This document shows, one piece after another, positions 53,112 through 64,000 of a stretch of DNA of 64,000 bases. The DNA comes from Octopus vulgaris. Taxonomy: Eukaryota. The stretch lies in assembly GCA_951406725.2 (NCBI GenBank), contig OX597818.1, positions 81,840,001 to 81,904,000 on the forward strand, written 5' to 3'. Each line of letters opens with the position of its first letter. The stretch's first letter is position 1. A program made the translations under genes and the position numbers. The notes under the pieces are model-generated. The model was not told the DNA's origin. It saw nothing but the letters and a program-made list of their open reading frames with translations, and searched no databases.

Positions 53112-53580
53112 TGAGCGACGGAGTGAGGGAGAGACTTGGTCACGTGTCTGCTATCTCCATATTTATTTTCCAGTAGCTGTCTTTCCGTTATTGATATGCT
53201 CTATACATAGTTGAGAAATCATTGTAATATAAAACTATAAATCACACGACTGAATTCCTTTCTTTGATTCTTTCATATTTCTTCTCGTCTCCCACGCTTC
53301 ACTATTATTCCCCCATGTCTCTATAGTAACCGTTTGGTCTTCTTGATGTGGCATTTCCAATTGTTGCAATTTTTCTTTCACTGGTTTGTGGCGTCCTTAC
53401 TCTAACTTTTGCTGGTATATTTTCATAGTTTTTCATTTTATGTTATTCAGTAGCCGTTCTTATTGCCGTTGCTGCAACTGTTTTCATTGTTAATGTCGTA
53501 GTCTTGTGGTTATCAGAAATACTATATCGTATTCATATTCGACATATCAGCAGATTTATCAACGTTTTCATATTTCCGTT

Positions 53581-53710
53581 GGCATGGCTCTGTGGCTAGG
53601 AAACATACTTTCCAACCATATGGTCATGGTTTCAGTTCCACAGTACGGCATGTTAGGCAAGTGTCTTCTACTTTAGTGCCGTGGCGACCAAAGCCCTGGT
53701 AAGTAGATTT
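53581..53710 (+). mobile_element. SINE family A head fragment
   Basis: ggcatggctctgtgg..ccaaccatatgg..ggcaagtgtcttctact..cgaccaaagcc. Confidence 0.65.
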
Positions 53711-53888
53711 TTGTTTTCTTCTGTGTGGTGTGGGATTATTTCGAGTTTCATTAATGCGTTTCTTTACTTGACTTATTCTTCGGCTTACTGTTCACCCTTT
53801 TATCCTATTCCAATTCGAATGAACGATAGTACACTTGAGCACTGTATACGATAAACTCGTCGTTACACATTATATTATAGATATATAA

Positions 53889-53971
<83 letters not shown>

Positions 53972-53985
53972 CATACATCTATATA

Positions 53986-55400
<1,415 letters not shown>

Positions 55401-55612
55401 CGAGGGGGTGCTGAAAGATTCTTGGCTTTAAGGGAACGTGAAAGGCCTAGCTAGAAGCTGACCCTTCCCAGTTCTTTTATAGGACTTAGAAAAACTGAAG
55501 AATCGCTGCAATAAATGTGTGAATAATGCAGGAGAATACGTTGAGATTCATAAGTAATTGATCTTCCTTTATTCCCTTTACCCAACGTCAAGAACTTTTC
55601 AGCACACCCTCG
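55401..55612 (+). mobile_element. Complete mariner-derived MITE (212 bp)
   Basis: TA plus cgagggggtgctgaaagattcttggc / gtcaagaacttttcagcacaccctcg TIRs. Interior encodes the transposase tail GLRKTEESLQ/..NRCNKCVNNAGEYVE. Confidence 0.85.
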
Positions 55613-56698
55613 TCCATCCTTCCATCCATCCATCCATCCATCCATCCATCCATCCATTCATCCAATTTCATGTGTATAAAAGCATACTGGGGGAACATGA
55701 AAATACGCCTTTCAAGAAATATATAGACACAAGTAAACATGTATCCACGCAGGCATATACACATTCGAATTCTATTTCAAGACAATACGCTATTGAAAAA
55801 AAATCTACTTCTATGTAAAAATATATCCGCATAAACATAAATACTATTAAAACTCTTGAGTCCGTTTATAGACTATGTATGTATGTATGTATGTATGTAT
55901 GTATGTATGTATGTATGTATGTATGTATGTATGTATGTATGTATGTGTGTGTATGCATGTATGTATGTATGTATGTATGTATGTATGTATGTATGTATGT
56001 ACGTATGAATGTATCTATCTATCTATATATCTGTGCAAATATATGTCTATCTGTTTATCTATTTATCTATCCATCTGTCAGTTTATCTAACTACCTACGT
56101 ATGTATGTATGTATGTATGTATGTATGTATATATGTATGTACATATGCATTTTTGTATCTATTCATCCATCCATCTGTCCATCCGTCCGTCCGTCCGTCC
56201 TTCCCTCTGTCTGTATGTATTTCTATCTATCTATCTATATTTCTATTTTTGTATTTTATATATGACGTGGGGTATGCATCTATTAACATTTTCCTTGGTC
56301 ATGTAATCACAATATCAGTTGTTTTGAGGCATCATGAGTAGTGTGGTGAACCTACCCGCAAGCTCATCCAAATATTTCTTCTTCATCGTCTAGGTTTTGA
56401 CTCCATAGAGAAGAATGCTCTCTGTACGCACCCCGTTTTGTGATTTAGAATTACTTGATAATCAGATGTTGTGATGCTTGGCTCTTTAGCAGTTTATAAT
56501 TTTGAGATATCTTACGCAAGATTCATTAAATAGCAACAAATTTATAGATGTGAACATAAGCACATACACGAACATAAACACATATATTCTCAAATAGGGA
56601 ACAAAAATAAAAAGAGAACAAACATAGATAGATGGATAGATAGCTAGATAGACTGATAGGTGGGTAAGCAGAGGGATAGAGGGATGGATATATAAATA

Positions 56699-57489
56699 CT
56701 AGTGGATACCTAAAAGAAATCGGAATTTTGAAATGTAATTTTATTCGCTTAGGTTTAGATTTTTACACTTCTACATCTTCAAAGTATTCTCTATTTGAAG
56801 CAATGCATCGGTCCAGATGCATTTTCTACTCTTTGAAGGAGTGCAGGAACTCTTGTGAAGCGATGCCTTTTAACACCTCTGTCGATGTTTTCTTCACCGC
56901 TTCCACATCTGTAAATCCCGTAGCACTAGCGTTTATCACCAGTGATGACCATCGAAAGAAGGTTTAGATCAACTTCCAACTGTTTTTTCAGTTCATGACA
57001 CGCATTTAGTCTTGGCTCCTTTTGGACTTCCTTGAGCAAAGGAGGCACAAATTTTGCTGCAGCTCTTTTTATTCGCAATTCCTCACTCAAAATTCGTTGG
57101 CGGGTGCTCCAGGACAAACCAGTTATATCAACGAGTTCGTCAATTTACCAATGACAGTTCTTCAAGATCAGTTCGTGAATTTTCATGTTTTTATTCATTC
57201 GGGAGACGAGGGTCACCCTGAACGAGGTTGGTCTCCAAGAGAGAAGTGACCATTCGTAAACTTGTGTTTTGCTCATGATAGCGTCCTTGTAAGCTGTCTG
57301 AAGCATGACAACTGTTTCGTCCGCCATTTTCTCAGCAGAAATCAGAATTTTACGGAAGCATAATGTGTCTTCGTTTCAGCCATCACAAAAATCGACAAAT
57401 AGCGGAGATCCCCTACGACGCCAGAAATCTGAGCTACAACAGGCTTGTCCCTCACAGAACGTTTCCGGTTACTTTTGAATATCCCTTCG
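56699..57489 (-). mobile_element. Internally deleted mariner element, copy 2
   Basis: ETVVMLQTAYKDAIMSKTQVYEW, SEELRIKRAAAKFVP, VITGDK..CYG joined to FTDVE..LDRCIASNREYFED. Same deletion as 35790-36641. Confidence 0.85.
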
Positions 57490-57818
57490 CAGACGGATAG
57501 ATAAATAAATTGATAGATAAATAGATAGCTGTATTGGTAGATTATTTAATTGGATAAATAAGGAGAGAGAGAGAGTTAGATAGGGAGAGGGAATGATAAC
57601 TAAATAAATGGATGGACAGACAACCGGCAGACTGATATATATATATAGACAGATACAAAAAACAAGTGTGTCATGTAAATACATGCCAGTTTTCCTCCGA
57701 CTAGCTTCCTCTTTCGGTATCCGAGATAAATACTGAAGCTACCCGCTACTGCGATTGGACTCGGAACCATATTATGAAGCGAATTTCTAAACACTGCTGC
57801 GTACATGCATCTATCTAT

Positions 57819-57886
<68 letters not shown>

Positions 57887-57915
57887 ATATATATATCTAT
57901 CTATCTATCTATTTA

Positions 57916-57950
<35 letters not shown>

Positions 57951-57960
57951 CTCTATCTAT

Positions 57961-60900
57961 TGTGTTTTAAAGCACACATCTCAATAGGATCATGGTCGAG
58001 ATGGGTTGTGTAAATGCGCATGGCTTGGGGTCTCCTTGGAAACAAGGGTACCTCCTAAATGACATCAAGTCACACGATTTGGGAATCACAGCCATAAGTG
58101 AGACCAGACTCCACGATCCATGGGCCCTAAAGTCCATGTTTGGCGGACAGTTTAACGTTTATTTTTCTTCCTGTTTGCCGAGGATTGGCGGTGGTGGCAC
58201 CGCGGTACTTTTTCACAAGAGCCAGGATCTCGAAGTCAAGACGATATTCATAGACCCGGAGGATAGACTGGTCGTGCTGGATGTCGACGGCAGCAATGAG
58301 TGCGCTTTTCGACTCGTATCGGTCTACGCACCGCCTTTAACAGGTCGGCCGGATTTCTTTCGACGTCTAGAAGTATTCCTGGGAACGTCTCGTCCTTTAC
58401 TTTTAGTGGGGGATTGGAATGCTACCTTGGACACGCATCTAGACTATGTGGGGAGAGACAAAAACAGAAGGGGATGCAAATGCCTCAGAGACCTGCTCAG
58501 ACGATTCCAACTGTCTGACAGGTACCGACTCGACCACCCAAATGCTCCAACGTGGACATGGAGTAACCGCAGTGGGTCGTCGAGATCGTATCTAGATAGG
58601 ATATTCTGTAGGACGTAGACACGGATAAATTAGGATATCTACAATTCCACACAGTCAGCTACACGGATTACAAATTCGTAACGTGTACGCTAGACTTAGA
58701 TAAGGAACATAGACAGGGTCCCGGTTACTAGAAACTAAACGCTTCTTTCCCGTCCGGACAGGTTTTCAGAGACAGAATCAACACGTTAGTAAAGAGGGCT
58801 TTAACGGGAGCCATCGTCAACAACAAATGGTGGTTCGCCCTCAAGAGAGTAGAAAAAGCGGAAGTTATTAGATATAGCAAGGCACTAGCCGTAGATAGAA
58901 ATAGAGTAGAGGGAGAGTTAGTTAAGAAGTTAGAAGAGGCAATAAGAAGCGGTATCACATCCGACGTTTTAGCGGCGAGGTTGGCCCTCGACCAACACTT
59001 CAACGCCAAACACGAAGGGTGTGCCCTCAGGGCTAGGATGCGTGCTTTAAGGATGGAAGGTGTTGGAGTCGTGAGAGAGGCCCGGGTGGGGGAGCCGCAG
59101 CAGGGCAACAAAGCCACCATTCGGTCTCTGGTAGCAATGGCGCGAATTACTCGAGCCCAGCAAGATGTGCGAGGCATTTCAGCGGCTCCTTTGTCCGACT
59201 GTACGGCACGATTGGCGAGCGTGAACGCAGGGTGGACTTCAGTGCCTACCTGCACAGCCTGCCACGGCTCTCGGCAAGAGAGGCAGAGTGCTGCGAAGGT
59301 GCCATCACAGCGGCGGATGTGCGGGACGCAACGGCAGAATCCTCGAGAGACAAATCGCCGGGTTTGGATGGTCTGCCTTACGAGTTTTACAATTGTATGC
59401 CAGACTTGTTTGGAGAAGTCTTGGCTGCGGTATACTGCAACTGGCAGCAAAACGAGAGCATACCCGATTTTGTGAGTCGAGGACCCGTAACGCTGCTGAA
59501 GAAAGATCCAAACAAGGTGGACATTATAGATAACTTTAGGCCCATCACTCTGTTCAATGCAGACCTGAAAATTTTGACTAAGGTGTTAGCCAAAATGTTG
59601 GCGCTTGTCATCGAGAAACCAGGTCGACAAGGCGCAAACGTGCGCCGTGCCGGGCCGGAGCATCCATGACAACCTCCATCTGATGCGCTACATCATAGAG
59701 AGAGTAGTTAAGGAACCTGGCATGGGCGGGATCAATTTGGATCAATCGAAAGCTTTCGATAGAGTAGACCATCGATACTAGGAGGCAGTCCTGAGAGTGG
59801 CTGGTTTCGGTCCCGTCTTTCGCGGCTGGATAGCTGCTTTGTACAGAGGTATCCGTTCGGTAATTCGCGTAAATGGACATCTATCGAGACCTTTCGACAT
59901 TGCACGTTCAGTCCGTCATGGATGCCCCCTCTCGTCGCTTCTATACATATTGACTCTCGATCCACTACTGCGGAAGGTGTTGACTCTGAGCAGCATCCCG
60001 CGAGAATTGGGATGCGGGACGAGCGTGTCTGCATACACGGACGACGTCACCGTCATAGTGTCAAGCCACGAGTATATCGAGCTGGTCGGCGAGACACTGA
60101 AAAACTACGAAGCGTTGACAGGAGCGAAAATCAACCGGGAAAAGTCAGTGGGCTTGCGGCTCGGCACCTGGAGATGCAAGCCCATGCCGTCTACCAGTAC
60201 CTCCTTCGTGGGACGCTCGACTGACGGCCCAGTTGAGTTGCTCGGGGTCTGGTTCGGTCCGGACCTCCAAATGGAGAAGAATCGGAACGAGATAACGAGT
60301 AGGGTGGTCACTCTCGCACGGCAATGGGCCGAGAGGAAACTGTCCCTAAAAGGTCGGGTGGAGGTGACGAACACGTACATCGCGTCCATCATCTACTACC
60401 GCCTGACCGTCGTACCTTGTCCCGATCCTGCCATCACCAAACTAGAACGCATTCTCTTCCGGTTCTTGTGGAAAGGATGCGTCCCGATGGTCAGGCGATC
60501 CATTTGCTGTTAACACCCGTTAAAAGGAGGACTGGGCATGCCGTGGATGATGATGCGCAGACACGCGCTGAGACTGCGACATCTTCAGCTCTGTGTAGAC
60601 GACGGTGAACAGGTGTGGTCACCGTTTGTGAGACACACTTTCCCGCAGCTCGTCTCCATGACAGAACTGCAGTCGGGGATCAAAAAGAGGCCGTGCAGTG
60701 TCCCCCAATCTCCGACATGTGGGCTTATGTCGAACAACTGCTGTCACATGTGGGACGAGTCGGTTTATCAACCGAGTCTATCGTTAATATCGTCACGCCT
60801 CCTTCCTTCAAACGGGAAGGAAGAGCTATTTTTATCATACTTGTGGCTATGGCGAAAGAATGTATCTGGTGGACGCGCCTGAAAGAATTAGAGACAAACA

Positions 60901-61394
60901 CTTTCCTCTCTGGTCAATCTCTCATCAACTTCTTCAAGTATCACTTGAAAAGGAAAGTGAGAGTAGAGAGGCAAGTTTTGTCTAGTGAATGTTTTAAAAA
61001 AAGATGGGTGAATGTAGCAAGTATGGCACGTATGAATGACGACGCCACCTTGACTATGATTCTATGAACCGTAAAAATTAATACAGAAAGTTGCTTATTT
61101 GTAAAAAAATATATGTGACTTCATTGACCGAGGTTACCGTGGTCTTTTCCGTAGGCTTTTCTTTCCACGGGTAAACCTCACCTGTCTTGCCCTTTACACT
61201 TTACATTGACATTTCTGTGATAACGATCCCTATTGAACGATGTTTTCTTTTTCTTTTTCTTTTGCTTTTCTCTTTCTTTCCATTTACGATGCCTTTTGAT
61301 CGAAAACCAACCCACCTTTTTTATCACCAAAAAGAAAATCTCTACCTTGTAATTTGTCCCGTCTGTATGCAGCCCTGTGTGGCTAATAAAGAAA
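57961..61394 (+). mobile_element. Tx1-clade non-LTR retrotransposon, 5'-truncated (no ORF1), inserted in (TCTA)n
   Basis: GC-rich 3.4-kb block between (TCTA)n tracts 57810-57960 and 61397-61475. 3' UTR ends aataaagaaa. Confidence 0.92.
57992..61067 (+). pseudogene. Disabled ORF2: APE endonuclease plus reverse transcriptase
   Basis: APE: VNAHGL, ISETR, VYAP, LVGDWNA, TW, SYLDRIF. RT: KSPGLDGLPYEFY, NFRPITL.N.DLKI, LDQSKAFDRVDH, VRHGCPLSSLLY, AYTDDVT, LLGVWF. Stops at 58616, 58729, 59779 and 60511; frameshifts near 59130 and 59620; deletion near 60692. Confidence 0.92.
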
Positions 61395-61396
61395 CA

Positions 61397-61475
<79 letters not shown>

Positions 61476-61757
61476 TTAATACATATATATCTATATATTC
61501 AAGTATTTGCAATGTTAATACCAGTTCTGATTTGTAAACAAGCTATTCACCGTGTTTTCTCATGGAGAAAATTTTTCGCTGTAGACATATGATGTAATTA
61601 CAATCAAATCAGCTCGCAGTGCTACTTATCCAGACTGAGATGTAAGCATTCCGGAGTAGTTATCTCCTCTTCAGTCACAGAAATTGTGTGTGTGTGTGTG
61701 GCTTATGTCCTTCCAGTCAACATACGTCGACTGGTAGTTCAAATCGACGGCTCATTA

Positions 61758-61817
<60 letters not shown>

Positions 61818-62099
61818 TGTATTTATATATTATTTATGTTATTATATGCTCGAACGCCACGCATACTTTTCCAAGTGGGTTTTATCTTAATAATTCCGAT
61901 GCGTGCTCTACATCCTATCTCTATTCTATGTCTCTCTCTCTCATGTTCTTTTTCTTTAGTGTTTTCTCTCCTAGCCTTTCCCTATTCTTCTCCTCTCCGC
62001 TTCACCATTCCCACTCTATATAATCTCACTCTTCCTCCTTGATTCTCTTGTTGCTCACACGTGACCAACAGCTATCTATCTTTCTTCTTCCACCTCTTT

Positions 62100-62510
62100 C
62101 CTAAAGACAAGACGTGCTTTTGCCTGTCTCTGCGCAAAGTTCGTTTTCCCGGCGTTCATCGCTTCAGCTTGTCATGGCTTAACAACCCTCATTTGTTTTT
62201 ACTGTTTTGTTCTTACTGTCCTGTTTTTCTTACCACTTTAACCCTCCGCAAATAATCCCAAATTATATTTAATTTGCTTTGCGGGAAGGACTGTTTTAAC
62301 GAAGTCACGCCTTCTCCCTATCTTCGAAACGCGGAATAGAAAAAACCGGTGACAACTGATGAACGGAATGTTCTTTCTGTTGCCTGTTTCTTTTCTCTAT
62401 TTGTTACTTTCGCTGTTTGAAAAAAAGTTCGTTTTCTGTGTTTTGTTTTTTTATGTTCTCGTTTCTCATTTTGTCCGCGTTCTATTGACGTCCTGTACCC
62501 ATATATGCAT
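62100..62510 (+). mobile_element. Repeat end related to 32584-33082 (probable PLE pseudo-LTR)
   Basis: Shared ccctccgcaaa/tttgcgggaaggactg stem, ttcgaaac, ctgatga, and a T-rich tail ending gtcctgtacccatatat. Confidence 0.55.
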
Positions 62511-62594
62511 GTATACGTAGGTATGTACATATGTGTATGTATATATGCATATATTTATATATTATTTATATTATATATATGCATATATTTATAT

Positions 62595-62627
<33 letters not shown>

Positions 62628-64000
62628 AAATACAGACACACACACACACACATATATATATGTATATTCATGTATTCACATATTTACACACACATATAAA
62701 TACGCTTATATACACATACATTTATAATTATATGCACACATACATAAACGTATTTACATACATATATACACACACACACATACATATTTATAATTTATAA
62801 TTCATACTTTTTTCATATCCGCCTTGCATGTTAAGTTGCAGCTTTATTTTTTAAAAATCCTAACCGTAATTTATTATATTTAAACAGCCGCAATATTGTG
62901 CTGAAGTTAATCGGCTTCACTTTTAATTGAATTTTTTTTTTATTTGTTAATCATGTCCAATTAATTAGTTTGTATTAATAATTTTCTAATTTTTTAATGT
63001 AGTCTTCTGTATTTAATTTTGTTTTTTCGTTTAGTTTTTCCAGATTAGATGGCAATTAATCATATCACTAGAACTTCGTCAATTCGCTACTATGTTTTTT
63101 CTCTCTCCTGTGTTTATGCTATACACCCGCTTACACACATTTAGTCAGAGACTCACACACATACACACTCACATATGCAGAGTCACGTTACTTCCTAATT
63201 CATATTGAGAGCCTTACTCACACAGACATTCAGACTCATACAGAGATAGATATGTATAGACACACTATCTCCCAGTTTAACTAGACCATTTGCATTTTTA
63301 TCGTTTATTTATTTATCTTTGGCTTTTTTTTGTCTCTTTCATTGTCTTGTTTTACGTAATTGCAAAACTCAGCTTGTTTCTACCAGAACCGAAAGCTTTT
63401 GTCACAGCCATATAATATTGTAAAGTTATGTTGACCTACAATCAAATAACAATTAATATTTTTTTTGCTTTGTTGTTCTTCTTGCTAATTCTAGGTTATC
63501 TCCCACTCGTGAGCATTCGGTTATTTTTATCTTCTCGTATTCCGTATTTTCAAATTCAAAATTCTAATCAAGGTTCATATTATGAGGAGGCATTTATCAC
63601 CCTTTTATTAATGTTCTCTGCCAGTGGGAGCCACATGTATACGAATATTGTAAATTGTACTACATAACTGATTCTGTTCTTCATTTTCTAAAGAGTAGAT
63701 TAGCATTACAAGGAGAAGGAATTGGCTATTATTTTCTGCAGGTTTTTGTACACTATTTGTTGAGTTTTACTTGGTGTTCTTGTAGTTGTAAGTTCCGTAG
63801 ATTTCCTACCAACTATGTTGAAAGATGTTCCAATCGTTAATATCCCATTATTTCCTCTTCTGCAGACACAATGCATATAGAACTAAAGTACGTTAGTCAG
63901 TAAACCTATGATCAAAGTCACACATCACGTCTACACATTTTTGTATTATCAATACCCAAATGTGTCTGTTTCTTTTTAAAGGCCTGTATTTTTAGTTGCT

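Noticed and set aside
58728-59450. 240-aa antisense ORF and other alternative-frame ORFs within the LINE
   Set aside because: Shadow frames of GC-rich ORF2 coding sequence.

Overview
AT-rich animal genomic DNA, saturated with (TA)n, (CA)n, (TATC)n, (TATG)n and (TAA)n microsatellites. The SINE families and microsatellite load resemble octopus/coleoid cephalopod DNA; this is recognition, not a database result. I cannot support any host protein-coding gene, and nearly all ORFs in the track are microsatellite translations. The window is a dense collection of degraded transposable elements: a near-complete but disabled Tx1-clade LINE ORF2 in (TCTA)n (57961-61394); R4/Dong-clade LINE remnants associated with (TAA)n tracts; Penelope-like fragments with outward-facing inverted ends; several mariner/Tc1 derivatives; a 303-bp non-autonomous Helitron; hAT- and Tc-type MITEs; and three tRNA-derived SINE families (A, B, C) plus a (TAA)n-associated repeat (D). 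The most interesting signals are: (1) a Meta-domain SINE whose last 42 nt match the 3' end of the Tx1 LINE in this window, and which forms 184-bp-period multimers with the same tail switch at two loci; (2) a tRNA-headed element ending in a hammerhead-like motif, whose tail is shared with a Penelope RT fragment; (3) a foldback mariner with two 5' ends, present twice with the same junction.
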